A stretch of 64,000 nt of DNA from an uncultured virus (IMG/VR IMGVR_UViG_3300027672_001707) (IMGVR_UViG_3300027672_001707); one strand, 5' to 3'. Counted from the stretch's first letter, positions 18,778 through 28,688 are shown. Translations and numbers: made by a program. The notes: generated by a model not told the origin, from the sequence alone.

Positions 18778-19430
18778 CTGACCTTGAAGAAGGTGTAAAC
18801 GATCCCGCAATTTTTAAAGCAGTATTCCTAGCAGGTGGTCCTGGTAGTGGTAAGAGCTTTATTGCTAAGAATGTTGCATTTGTGTCTTTAGGATATAAAA
18901 TAATAAACACCGACGATGCTTATGAGTATCTAGCAAAAAAGAGCAATATTGATTTAACAGATCCAGATGCACTTGCTAGTACTGACGGACAAGCGACAAG
19001 ACAACGTGCTAAAGCCTTAACTGATATAAAACAACAATCTTTTTTAGATGGACGCCTAGGCGTAGTTATAGATGGCACCGGTAAAGATTATGACAAAATA
19101 GAACATCTAAGTGGAGAATTGCGTAAAATCGGATACGATTGTGCAATGGTGTTTGTTAACACTGACTTAGATACGGCATTAGAACGTAATGCTAAAAGAG
19201 ATAGAAGATTACCCAACGAACTAGTTACTAAAATGTGGAAAAGTGTACAAACAAACATTGGAAAATTCCACAACTTTTTTGGTAGAAATATGTTCGTAGT
19301 AGACAATTCAAATAATGAAAGCCTAAAGGGTGTATTACTGGGTATGTATAGAAGAATGAAAGCATACACAGAAACACCGCATACTAATCCTGTTGCAAAA
19401 GCATGGATTAAGACGCAACAAGGCAAGTAA
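18771..19430 (+). CDS. P-loop kinase (Pnk/AAA_33/zeta-like), probably expressed by -1 slippage from the upstream ORF
   Basis: AVFLAGGPGSGKS Walker A lies upstream of the track's GTG at 18882; INTDD, VIDGTG, ALERNAKR; no ATG/GTG/TTG between the in-frame stop at 18726 and the P-loop. Confidence 0.75.
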   Translation, partial: RLTDLEEGVNDPAIFKAVFLAGGPGSGKSFIAKNVAFVSLGYKIINTDDAYEYLAKKSNIDLTDPDALASTDGQATRQRAKALTDIKQQSFLDGRLGVVIDGTGKDYDKIEHLSGELRKIGYDCAMVFVNTDLDTALERNAKRDRRLPNELVTKMWKSVQTNIGKFHNFFGRNMFVVDNSNNESLKGVLLGMYRRMKAYTETPHTNPVAKAWIKTQQGK

Positions 19431-19636
19431 TGACATACTATAAGTTTTCCGATGGAGCAAGAGTTTCATTGACAAAGGAAGAAGAAGACTTTTTAGGAGA
19501 ATTTAAGCAGTCAATTATAATGACTGAGTTAAGCCCAGGTCAACTAAAGTTGGCATTTATGTTAGTGAATAAAAGTGTACTCAATAGGAAAAAGAAAAAT
19601 GGTGATCTCTACTATGTCAAAGAAAATAAAAAGTAA
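19430..19636 (+). CDS. hypothetical protein
   Basis: TAATG-coupled ORF. Confidence 0.6.
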   Translation: MTYYKFSDGARVSLTKEEEDFLGEFKQSIIMTELSPGQLKLAFMLVNKSVLNRKKKNGDLYYVKENKK

Positions 19637-20054
19637 AGTAAGTATAACAAAGATTAAAAACTTCTTAGAAGAAAAATCTGATAACTTACCCGTTGTATCA
19701 ATAAATGGTGCTCATGTTAAAGTGGGTAAATACTATTGCTTAGAACGTAATGGTGTATGGCAAGTATATGATAACGGAGAGTTAGTTAACTCCTTTACAC
19801 TACGAAACAGTGCTCTAGCATGGGCTGTCGCTTCATTACAAGGGCAACAGACAGAAGCACAACTAGTTGAAGCACAGGATTTGAAGTTTAGTAGGTTTGC
19901 TAATGATTCGATGATATTTCATCAAAGATATCGTACTGCAAATGACGAATTTCGCAAAGATTTGATGTATATTAGGTATGAAGAGAGCGAATACCATAAG
20001 AATTACGTTAGAGGACAGTTAGATGAAACAATTAAAAAGATTAAAATCAACTAA
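19614..20054 (+). CDS. hypothetical protein
   Basis: ORF; start uncertain. Confidence 0.6.
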   Translation: MSKKIKSKVSITKIKNFLEEKSDNLPVVSINGAHVKVGKYYCLERNGVWQVYDNGELVNSFTLRNSALAWAVASLQGQQTEAQLVEAQDLKFSRFANDSMIFHQRYRTANDEFRKDLMYIRYEESEYHKNYVRGQLDETIKKIKIN

Positions 20055-20084
20055 ATAGTAATAACATAGAATTAGGGAACTCAC

Positions 20085-21086
20085 ATGGAATTAAATGATT
20101 TAAACAAAGTATCGAGAAGTAGTAAGTTAAACAAATTACTGTCTACTCGTTTTGGATTCGGTTTTGATTTAAGCAAAATGAACGAAGACATCGCCAACCA
20201 AATGATAAAAACTGCTAAAAGAGAAATGGCAGAAGAAACTGAGGGCAAGAAGTATATGATGTCTAAAGTTGTTTTAGAAACAGTTGAAGCATGGCAAATT
20301 GAAAATAACTTAGGTGTTAACGAAGGTCCAACTACAAAAGAAAAAGGTGAGATTGAGCCCAATGATGGTAAAGTAGAACCAGAACAAGAATCTCCAGCGG
20401 CACAAAGTAGAAAAGCAAATGCTTTAAGACTACTAGTAGGCCCACAAAATTATATGAAAGCCAAACGTGCTTTAGAAATGTACAAAAAAGGTCAAACAGT
20501 TCCCCCGACTTTAATGACAGGACTTATGCCAATTATAGATATGATTGATGAAATTATGTCTAGTAATTTAGCAAATGTGCGTTTCTTACAAATGGTAGAC
20601 AAACGTGCTAAAAAACAATTAGGCATTGCAGAGTCTAAACAAATTAACGAAGGTGATGTTGAGAGTGCTGAATTAGTACTAGCATCAAAAGACCTAGTTG
20701 ACAGAATTCAATCTATGTTAGAAGATGTGAGTGATATGCAGGCAGAAGATTTACTTCCATTAACGGATCAAATCCGTGATGAAATGGGTAATGAAAAAGC
20801 AGAAGCATTTATAAATGCCGCTAAAGGTTCGTTGGATGCACTATATGATGCGTTAACAACTGCAAGAGGCGACATGGATAATGCATCACGTATTTTAACT
20901 GGAAATGCAGACGAGTCTGGAACAGACTTAACTACTGCTGACGACCTTGAACTTGAAGAGCCTGTAGCAGATGCTGATGCAGACGCAGAAGTAAATGCAG
21001 TCGATGATACATTAGATATAGACTTAGACGCAGACGCTTCTGGACAAGAAGGCGTTGACGATTTAGATCGACAAGAACGTTCATAA
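20085..21086 (+). CDS. putative prohead core/scaffold-like protein
   Basis: After CTAAATA; helical, very acidic C-terminus; several I/V-x-E sites. Confidence 0.5.
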   Translation: MELNDLNKVSRSSKLNKLLSTRFGFGFDLSKMNEDIANQMIKTAKREMAEETEGKKYMMSKVVLETVEAWQIENNLGVNEGPTTKEKGEIEPNDGKVEPEQESPAAQSRKANALRLLVGPQNYMKAKRALEMYKKGQTVPPTLMTGLMPIIDMIDEIMSSNLANVRFLQMVDKRAKKQLGIAESKQINEGDVESAELVLASKDLVDRIQSMLEDVSDMQAEDLLPLTDQIRDEMGNEKAEAFINAAKGSLDALYDALTTARGDMDNASRILTGNADESGTDLTTADDLELEEPVADADADAEVNAVDDTLDIDLDADASGQEGVDDLDRQERS

Positions 21087-21448
21087 TGAAAGCAAGTGAT
21101 TTCATCACAGAAAAAGCACCAGTCGGAATAGACAAACTTATAAGTTTGTTATTGTTCCTTAGAAACCGTGCTGAACAGATGGGTGCTAAAACACAAATCT
21201 CTATGAAAGCATTTTCTTCTATGGCAAATCGTTTAGGTGTGCCTTTATCTTACGATAGTTTTAGTGAGCTATTCCAAAATAATCAATCTATACAAAATTT
21301 AGTTACAGATTATAATAAAGATCTTATTATATTTAAAAACACAGATGGACAGGACGACCAGTCTATTGCAAATGCATCTGATGTTGAGTTAGAGCCAACA
21401 ACGCAAGTTGACAAAATGGCTAAACGTGCCTTAAATAAAAGAAAATAA
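21086..21448 (+). CDS. hypothetical protein, putative head-internal protein
   Basis: Begins MKASDFITE. Confidence 0.65.
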   Translation: MKASDFITEKAPVGIDKLISLLLFLRNRAEQMGAKTQISMKAFSSMANRLGVPLSYDSFSELFQNNQSIQNLVTDYNKDLIIFKNTDGQDDQSIANASDVELEPTTQVDKMAKRALNKRK

Positions 21449-21514
21449 TACTTGACATTGTAGGCAATACTACTGTATAATTAAAGTTATACATAATCAA
21501 TAAGAGAATTATTC

Positions 21515-22198
21515 ATGATAACTGAACGGTACGATTATACACCAATCAAACGTAAACAAGTAGACGGCAAAAGATTATACACAACACCATCAGGTGTAGC
21601 CGTTCCAAGTGTTACAACAATCCTTGACAAAACAAAATCAGAAGAGAAAAAACAGATACTTCGTAACTGGAAAAAACGTGTAGGTGAAGCAAAGGCACAA
21701 GAAATTGTAACTGAAGCATCTGGACGTGGAACTCGTATGCATAAATGGTTAGAAGACTATTGCATAGAAGATAAAATTAAAGCACCAGGCAGTAACCCAT
21801 TCAGCCAACAAAGTCATAAAATGGCTGAGATTGTTATTGAAAAAGGTATGTCTCATGTAAGCGAAATATGGGGAACAGAAGTTCCGTTGTATTTCCCAAG
21901 TATCTATGCTGGTACAACGGACTGTGTTGGATTGTATGACGGTAAACCCTCTATTATAGATTTCAAGCAAACTAATAAACCTAAAAAGACCGAATGGGTA
22001 GGTGATTACTTCTTACAGTTAACAGCCTATGCCACTGCTCACAACGAAATACACGGTACTGATATACATCAAGGTGCTATTTTAATGTGTAGTAAAGACT
22101 ATGAATACCAGTATTGGGTACTTGAAGGTGACGAGTGGGATAAAACTGTTAAAGAATGGTGGAAAAGAGTAGAAGACTTTTATACAAATCATTTTTAG
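21515..22198 (+). CDS. PD-(D/E)XK exonuclease
   Basis: PSVTTIL, RGT.MH, E..L, AGTTD, IIDFK, QL.AY; preceded by TTGACA-N18-TATAAT. Confidence 0.85.
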   Translation: MITERYDYTPIKRKQVDGKRLYTTPSGVAVPSVTTILDKTKSEEKKQILRNWKKRVGEAKAQEIVTEASGRGTRMHKWLEDYCIEDKIKAPGSNPFSQQSHKMAEIVIEKGMSHVSEIWGTEVPLYFPSIYAGTTDCVGLYDGKPSIIDFKQTNKPKKTEWVGDYFLQLTAYATAHNEIHGTDIHQGAILMCSKDYEYQYWVLEGDEWDKTVKEWWKRVEDFYTNHF

Positions 22199-22225
22199 AG
22201 TATAAATACGTTATAGGAGACGAAT

Positions 22226-23791
22226 ATGGCAGTAATTCAAATATCAAAAATTCAACATCGCAGGGGTCTGAACGCTGACTTGCCACAACTGTCAAGTGCA
22301 GAAATTGGCTGGGTGATTGACGAACGTAAATTATACATTGGTAACGGAACCACATCAGAGGGTGCACCGGCTATTGGTAATACAGAAATATTAACACAAT
22401 ATAGTGATATATTAGGAAGTATTAACAGTTATACATATAAAGGCGCTGAAGTAGGATATACTGCACAAACTACATCAAGTGGTGCTAGTATACAACGTTC
22501 TCTCCAAAACAAATTAGATGACTTCATTAATGCTAAAGATTTTGGCATTGAAGGAGACGGTGTCACGGATCATACTGCTAAAATTAACTTTATGTTAAAT
22601 CAAATTTATTCACGTGAAGCAACAAACAAAGAAACATTAAAAACAGTTTACTTTCCTGCAGGCGTGTATCTTGTATCTGATTCAATTAAGTTTCCTAGGA
22701 ATGCAAACATTGTTGGTGACGGTCCAGGTGCTACTATACTTAAAAGAACATCTGTTTCAGGATATGTTGGCGAAACTTCTGATAGTAAGCAACAAGTAGG
22801 AGCCAATGTTGGAATAGGTGGAGCATTAAAACCTAAAAACATAAACATTTCGAATATACAATTTTATCATACACAAGATGATCACAACTTTTTAGTTGAC
22901 CAAGCAAACATGGTAACGTTTACTAACGTTAGATTTAAAGGAAGACACGTTACTAATCCATCATCATTAAGCAACGGTAAAGCAGGTGTAATTATTACAC
23001 AAACTGCTTCAACAGATACTAAAAATGTTAAATTTGAAAACTGTGACTTTGCAAAATTAGATGTTGGATTATATAGTAATAACGATGCTACAAATGTAAT
23101 ATTAAATAATTGTTACATACACGATAACTTTGCAGGTATTTTACTTTCAGCAGTTGGATCAGGATCAGGCCCACGTGGTGTTAAAGTAACAAATTCTTTG
23201 TTTGAACTTATATACAAAGAAGCAATCAAAACTGTAACAGTACAAGAGTTTACGAGTTCGTTTAATACATTTACAACTTGTGGCGTGGCAAACATTGCTA
23301 GTGGTGGAACACCTACTTGTCCAATTATTGACTTTGATGCAGACAACAATATTAGCCTCGGTGATGGGTTCGACAGAACTGTATCACAACAGGCAACACA
23401 CCCAAACCTACAAAATAATGGTAAAGCAGTATTTGGTTTAATTGCAGGTGATAAACTAACTTATGGTTTACATACTCAAGAGCCAGGAAAAAGTTTTACA
23501 TTAGTTGATAACACTACTTCAGTAACGAGCACTGCAATTGACTTTGATTCAAGTGTTTTAATTAATGCAGAAATAGACTTTGTTATTGAACGTGGTAATG
23601 CAAGACGAATGGGTGTTATGAAAGTTGCTGGTAGTAATACTGCTGGTTATACTTTTGAACAAGCCTTCACTGAAAATGCAGACGTAGGTGCAGGATTAAC
23701 ACTATTAGCCTCTGATGGTACTGTTCAGTACACAACAACATCAACAGGTGCAGACGCAACACTTAAATATCGTATAACTAATTTTTCTTAA
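22226..23791 (+). CDS. tail fibre/tailspike with pectate-lyase-like beta-helix
   Basis: IQHRRG..EIGW..KLYIGNG N-terminus, AKDFG..GDGVTD, YFPAGVY, beta-helix repeats; TATAAATA promoter. Confidence 0.75.
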   Translation: MAVIQISKIQHRRGLNADLPQLSSAEIGWVIDERKLYIGNGTTSEGAPAIGNTEILTQYSDILGSINSYTYKGAEVGYTAQTTSSGASIQRSLQNKLDDFINAKDFGIEGDGVTDHTAKINFMLNQIYSREATNKETLKTVYFPAGVYLVSDSIKFPRNANIVGDGPGATILKRTSVSGYVGETSDSKQQVGANVGIGGALKPKNINISNIQFYHTQDDHNFLVDQANMVTFTNVRFKGRHVTNPSSLSNGKAGVIITQTASTDTKNVKFENCDFAKLDVGLYSNNDATNVILNNCYIHDNFAGILLSAVGSGSGPRGVKVTNSLFELIYKEAIKTVTVQEFTSSFNTFTTCGVANIASGGTPTCPIIDFDADNNISLGDGFDRTVSQQATHPNLQNNGKAVFGLIAGDKLTYGLHTQEPGKSFTLVDNTTSVTSTAIDFDSSVLINAEIDFVIERGNARRMGVMKVAGSNTAGYTFEQAFTENADVGAGLTLLASDGTVQYTTTSTGADATLKYRITNFS

Positions 23792-23797
23792 TTAAGA

Positions 23798-24238
23798 ATG
23801 TTTGATTTAAAACCCGAAGACAGGCTACATTTCTGGAGGCAATTTCGTGCCGACCTAAAGAGTTTACCTGAAGAAGAAGCTCTACAAGCCGTAGTTGATT
23901 TATGGGGCAAGGCTCCTACAACCAACGGTTACTTAGATTGGACACGTTGTGAAGAATGGCCAGATCCGTGGACATTACTTAACGACAATCACTATTGTGA
24001 CGTAGCAATAGCACTAGGGATCTTTTATACAATTTATTTGTCGGAAATACTTGACAATAGTACTATAAGTGTAGTAATATATAAGAGTGAAAACAAATTC
24101 GTTAACGCAGTGCATATAACAAAATATGCTCTTAATATAGTGTATCGACAAGTAGTAAATACAACATCGATACCACAAGATTTATCAATCCAGAAGGTCT
24201 TCACAGTAGAGGATCTAAAGGCACAGAAGTATCTATAA
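23798..24238 (+). CDS. hypothetical protein
   Basis: ORF with WPDPW..L....YC motif. Confidence 0.65.
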   Translation: MFDLKPEDRLHFWRQFRADLKSLPEEEALQAVVDLWGKAPTTNGYLDWTRCEEWPDPWTLLNDNHYCDVAIALGIFYTIYLSEILDNSTISVVIYKSENKFVNAVHITKYALNIVYRQVVNTTSIPQDLSIQKVFTVEDLKAQKYL

Positions 24239-24257
24239 TACAATAGCAAGGCATCAA

Positions 24258-26576
24258 ATGACACAAATTCAAGTAACGAAAAGAGACGGAACAAAAGAAG
24301 ACTTAGACCTAGAAAAAATGCATAAAGTAGTATTTTATGCGTGTGAGAATATAACAGGTGTAAGTGCAAGTGAAGTAGAAATTAAATCCCACCTTTCCTT
24401 TTATACAGGAATCACTTCAACAGAAATACAAGAAACAATGATAAAGAGTGCGGCTGATTTAATCAGCGAAGACACTCCTAATTATCAATGGGTAGCAGGT
24501 AGACTTATTAACTACCATTTGCGTAAAATGGTTTATGATTCGTTTAAACCCAAACACATTTTAGATATTGTAAAGAAGAATATTGAACTAGGATTTTATG
24601 ATGCAGAAATTTTAGAACTTTATTCAGAAGAAGAATTTAATGACTTTGACAAATACATAAAACACGACCGTGACGAGAGCATGACTTATGCGGCTATGGA
24701 ACAATGGCGTGGTAAGTATCTTGTACAAAATCGTGTAACAAAAGTAATATATGAAACACCACAAGTAGCATATATGTTAATTGCGGCAACACTGTTTAGT
24801 AACTACCCAAAAGAAACAAGAATGCAATATGTTAAAGAGTATTATGATGCTACAAGTACTTTCGACATTAGTTTACCTACGCCAGTAATGGCAGGAGTTA
24901 GAACTCCACAACGACAGTTTAGTAGTTGTGTACTAGTAGAAACAGGCGATAGTTTAGACAGTATTAATGCAACAACAAGTGCTATTGTTAAGTATGTTTC
25001 ACAAAAGGCAGGTATTGGTATTGGTGCAGGAAGTATTCGTGCATTAGGTAGTCCTATTCGTAACGGTGACGCATACCATACAGGTGTTATACCTTTTTAT
25101 AAAATGTTCCAAGCGGCAACACGTTCTTGTTCACAAGGAGGTGTGCGTAATGGAGCGGCAACATTGTATTATCCTTTATGGCATTTAGAAATTGAAGATA
25201 TGCTTGTGCTAAAAAATAACAAAGGCACAGAAGAAAATCGAGTTAGGCACATGGATTATGGAGTTCAGTTTAACAAATTAATGTATGAACGTTTACTTAC
25301 AAACGACAACATAACTCTTTTCTCGCCTCAAGATGTACCTGGATTATACGAATCATTTTTTAAAGATCAAGATAAGTTTAAAGAACTTTATGAACGTGCA
25401 GAACGTAATACAAAAATTCGAAAGAAAAGTATCCGTGCTAGTGACTTGTTTAGTGCGTTTATGGAAGAACGTAAAAACACAGGTAGAATTTATTTAATGA
25501 ATGTAGACCATGCAAACGACCACAGTTCATTCATTGCCAGTAAAGCACCAATTAAACAAAGTAATTTATGTTGTGAGATTAACTTACCAACTAAACCTCT
25601 TAACGACTTTAATGACGAAGAAGGTGAAATTGCATTGTGTACATTAAGTGCAGTCAACTGGGGAAACATTAAAGACATTGCAGACTTTGAACGTGTATGC
25701 AGACTTGCAGTGCGTGGATTAGATGCGTTACTAACGTATCAACATTATCCTGTAAAAGCGGCAGAGAATAGCACAAACAAAAGACGTCCTTTAGGTATTG
25801 GTATTATTAATTTAGCATATTGGATGGCTAAACATGACATGACTTACACAAATCCAAACTTAGAGTTAGTTGACAGATATGCAGAAGCATGGAGTTACTA
25901 CTTAATTAAAGCAAGTGCGGATTTGGCAGTAGAGCAAGGTGCTTGTCCAGGAATAGACGAAACAAAGTATGGTGCAGGTATTACGCCTAATATGACATAT
26001 AAGACTGATGTAGACGAGTTAGTGCCACACAAAGAACGTATGGCATGGACTAGTTTGCGTAAACAACTGCAAAAAACAGGTATCAGAAACAGTACTTTGA
26101 TGGCACTTATGCCTGCAGAAACGTCAGCACAGATAAGTAACAGTACCAACGGAATTGAACCACCACGTGCATTTGTAAGTGTTAAACAAAGCAAAGATGG
26201 TATTTTAAAGCAAGTTGTACCAGAATATCGAAGACTTAAAAATAAGTATGAAATGTTATGGGATCAAAAATCTCCAGAGGGTTATCTGAAGATTATGGCA
26301 GTGATGCAAAAATATATTGATCAAGGTATTAGTGTTAATACCAGTTATAATCCAACACACTACGAAGATGAAAAGATTCCAATGAGTGTGATGTTACAAC
26401 ATTTAATTATGTTCTATAAGTATGGTGGTAAACAACTTTACTACTTTAATACATATGACGGACAAGGTGAAATTGATGTTGATAAGTTTAACATTAATAA
26501 GGCAGAATTATTAGGCAGAGATGAATTTAAAACCGATGCTGAGTATGATGATTATTGTGAAGCCTGCACAATATAG
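24258..26576 (+). CDS. nrdA: class Ia ribonucleotide reductase alpha subunit with ATP cone
   Basis: VTKRDG ATP cone, QFSSC, SNLCCEI, MPAETS, C-terminal CEAC; no intein or intron evident. Confidence 0.95.
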   Translation: MTQIQVTKRDGTKEDLDLEKMHKVVFYACENITGVSASEVEIKSHLSFYTGITSTEIQETMIKSAADLISEDTPNYQWVAGRLINYHLRKMVYDSFKPKHILDIVKKNIELGFYDAEILELYSEEEFNDFDKYIKHDRDESMTYAAMEQWRGKYLVQNRVTKVIYETPQVAYMLIAATLFSNYPKETRMQYVKEYYDATSTFDISLPTPVMAGVRTPQRQFSSCVLVETGDSLDSINATTSAIVKYVSQKAGIGIGAGSIRALGSPIRNGDAYHTGVIPFYKMFQAATRSCSQGGVRNGAATLYYPLWHLEIEDMLVLKNNKGTEENRVRHMDYGVQFNKLMYERLLTNDNITLFSPQDVPGLYESFFKDQDKFKELYERAERNTKIRKKSIRASDLFSAFMEERKNTGRIYLMNVDHANDHSSFIASKAPIKQSNLCCEINLPTKPLNDFNDEEGEIALCTLSAVNWGNIKDIADFERVCRLAVRGLDALLTYQHYPVKAAENSTNKRRPLGIGIINLAYWMAKHDMTYTNPNLELVDRYAEAWSYYLIKASADLAVEQGACPGIDETKYGAGITPNMTYKTDVDELVPHKERMAWTSLRKQLQKTGIRNSTLMALMPAETSAQISNSTNGIEPPRAFVSVKQSKDGILKQVVPEYRRLKNKYEMLWDQKSPEGYLKIMAVMQKYIDQGISVNTSYNPTHYEDEKIPMSVMLQHLIMFYKYGGKQLYYFNTYDGQGEIDVDKFNINKAELLGRDEFKTDAEYDDYCEACTI

Positions 26577-26600
26577 ATAGATACGGAGAGATAAAATAAA

Positions 26601-27719
26601 ATGACAGTATTCAGTAATGAGAAACGAAATCACCTTGAAAGCAAAGCCTTCTTAGACGGCGGTGTTAATATACAAAGGTATGATGCCGTTAAGTATAGAC
26701 AATTTGACAAGTTTACAGATAAACAACTAGGATTCTTTTGGAGACCTGAAGAAGTTGACATTGGTAAAGATAGTAAAGATTTTAAAGATTTGACACCACA
26801 TGAACAACACATCTTTACAAGTAATCTTAAAAGACAAATCTTGCTAGACAGTGTACAAGGTAGAGCACCTACTGAAGCATTTGGTCCGTTAATTAGTATC
26901 CCTGAATTAGAAGCATGGGTTCAAACTTGGACATTTAGTGAAACAATTCACTCACGTAGTTATACACATATTATCCGTAATATCTATAGCGATCCAAGTA
27001 AAATCTTTGACGAGATGATGGACATTTCAGAAATTACAGATTGTGCTGATGACATTAGTAAGAACTATGATGATCTTATTCAGTTAAGTTTAGCATACCA
27101 ACTAATGGGTGAAGGAACACATACAGTTAATGGTAAAAAAGTTGAAGTAGACTTATATGAACTAAAGAAAAAATTATGGTTAGCAATTAACAGTGTTAAC
27201 ATATTAGAAGGAATTCGTTTTTATGTTTCTTTTGCCTGTAGTTGGGCATTTGCAGAACTTAAAAAAATGGAAGGCAATGCAAAAATTATCAAATTTATTT
27301 GCCGTGATGAAAACGTACACTTGGCAAGTACACAAGCATTGTTAAAGATCCTTCCAAAAGATGATAAAGACTTTATTAAGATTGCAGAAGAAACAAAAGA
27401 AGAGTGTGAAAAGATGTTTGTTGAAGCAGTTGAACAAGAAAGTGCATGGGCCGAGTATTTGTTTAAAGATGGCAGTATGATTGGTCTTAATGCACAATTA
27501 CTAAAAGACTATGTTGAATGGACTGCACATAAACGTATGTTAGCAGTTGGATTGACTAGTCCTTATAAAGGTGGAAGTAACCCGTTACCTTGGACACAAA
27601 ATTGGATTAGTGGAGCAGAAGTACAAGTAGCACCACAAGAAACAGAGATTAGTTCTTATGTAACCGGCGGTACTAAACAAGACGTTGACACAGATACATT
27701 TAAGGGATTTAGTTTATGA
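26601..27719 (+). CDS. nrdB: class Ia ribonucleotide reductase beta subunit
   Basis: FFWRPEE, ETIHSRSY, EGIRFY, RDENVH, APQETEISSY. Confidence 0.95.
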   Translation: MTVFSNEKRNHLESKAFLDGGVNIQRYDAVKYRQFDKFTDKQLGFFWRPEEVDIGKDSKDFKDLTPHEQHIFTSNLKRQILLDSVQGRAPTEAFGPLISIPELEAWVQTWTFSETIHSRSYTHIIRNIYSDPSKIFDEMMDISEITDCADDISKNYDDLIQLSLAYQLMGEGTHTVNGKKVEVDLYELKKKLWLAINSVNILEGIRFYVSFACSWAFAELKKMEGNAKIIKFICRDENVHLASTQALLKILPKDDKDFIKIAEETKEECEKMFVEAVEQESAWAEYLFKDGSMIGLNAQLLKDYVEWTAHKRMLAVGLTSPYKGGSNPLPWTQNWISGAEVQVAPQETEISSYVTGGTKQDVDTDTFKGFSL

Positions 27720-27973
27720 TAGAAATATGGGGCAAACCTGCTTGTCCAAGTTGCACAAAAGCAAAAGCATTATGTGAGCAACGTGGATACGAGTTTGTAT
27801 ACAAACAGTTGGGAACAGACTTTCAAAGAGAAGATGTAATGGAAGAGTTTCCGGGAGCAAGAACATTTCCGCAGATTAAAGTATATAAAGACAAAATCGG
27901 CGGATACGACCAATTATTAGAATACATCGAAAACACTGGCTATAATGGCACAGGTGGATCAAAAATAGGATAG
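27716..27973 (+). CDS. glutaredoxin
   Basis: CPSC, RTFPQI, IGGY. Confidence 0.9.
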   Translation: MIEIWGKPACPSCTKAKALCEQRGYEFVYKQLGTDFQREDVMEEFPGARTFPQIKVYKDKIGGYDQLLEYIENTGYNGTGGSKIG

Positions 27974-27976
27974 AAT

Positions 27977-28300
27977 ATGTTATTAGAAAAAGGGCTAAAA
28001 GACGTAGTACTAACATTCAAGTTAGTTACAGGCGAAGAAGTAATTACTGAAGTAAAAGAAGAGCATATCGCTCATTATGTAGTAGAAAAGCCATTTGCAT
28101 TTCTTATGCAAAAAACTGGCCCTGCAATGGCACCTATGTTTATTAGTGTTGATTGGGAAAATGTACCTATTAATATATACAAAAGTGCAATCACAATGAC
28201 TGGTGAACCTAAGAAAGAAATGGTTGACGGATATCATACTGTAGTTAAACAGTTAACATCTAAGATTATTTCCCCAGGTGCACCTAAAATCATCACTTAA
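27977..28300 (+). CDS. conserved phage hypothetical protein (possible Sm-like fold)
   Basis: FKLVTGEEVI motif. Confidence 0.6.
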   Translation: MLLEKGLKDVVLTFKLVTGEEVITEVKEEHIAHYVVEKPFAFLMQKTGPAMAPMFISVDWENVPINIYKSAITMTGEPKKEMVDGYHTVVKQLTSKIISPGAPKIIT

Positions 28301-28324
28301 ACTCGCAGTTTATATAGGTAAAAT

Positions 28325-28360
28325 AAAAGGTTGACATTTACCTCGCAATCTGTTATATTA
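28325..28360 (+). promoter_or_regulatory. early promoter (repeated cassette)
   Basis: AAAAGG-TTGACA(28331-28336) then TGTTATATTA. Confidence 0.7.
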
Positions 28361-28405
28361 TAGAAGTTAGTTAACATTAACATTTATAAATAGAAAAGGA
28401 AACAT

Positions 28406-28663
28406 ATGATGACTAAAGCAATAGGAACAAAGTTCTTCAAAGAAGGAACTCAAAATCAAACAATTCTAGCAAACTATTGGGGTAACGGTTCAACGTTTAC
28501 TGCTGATGACCTAAGATCAGACCTAGGTATCGCATCTCCGGGTGCTAGACTAACTGAATTAAGAGATGCAGGCTTTAACGTAAAAGCAACAAAATCTGAT
28601 TCAGGATCTGTTGGAAGACCAGCGGCAACTTACTCTATTCCAAGACGTAGAGTATCTGCATAA
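28406..28663 (+). CDS. winged helix-turn-helix DNA-binding protein
   Basis: FTADDL...LGIASPGARLTELR.AG pattern. Confidence 0.65.
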   Translation: MMTKAIGTKFFKEGTQNQTILANYWGNGSTFTADDLRSDLGIASPGARLTELRDAGFNVKATKSDSGSVGRPAATYSIPRRRVSA

Positions 28664-28688
28664 TTATTTTAAATAATTAAGTAAATTT

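Noticed and set aside
18882..19430. Track start at GTG 18882
   Set aside because: Would omit the in-frame Walker A located upstream.
21515..22198. Cas4 / CRISPR adaptation call
   Set aside because: Lacks the Fe-S cysteine set; fits a generic phage PD-(D/E)XK exonuclease.
24258..27719. Inteins or introns in nrdA/nrdB
   Set aside because: Both ORFs are continuous and of normal length.
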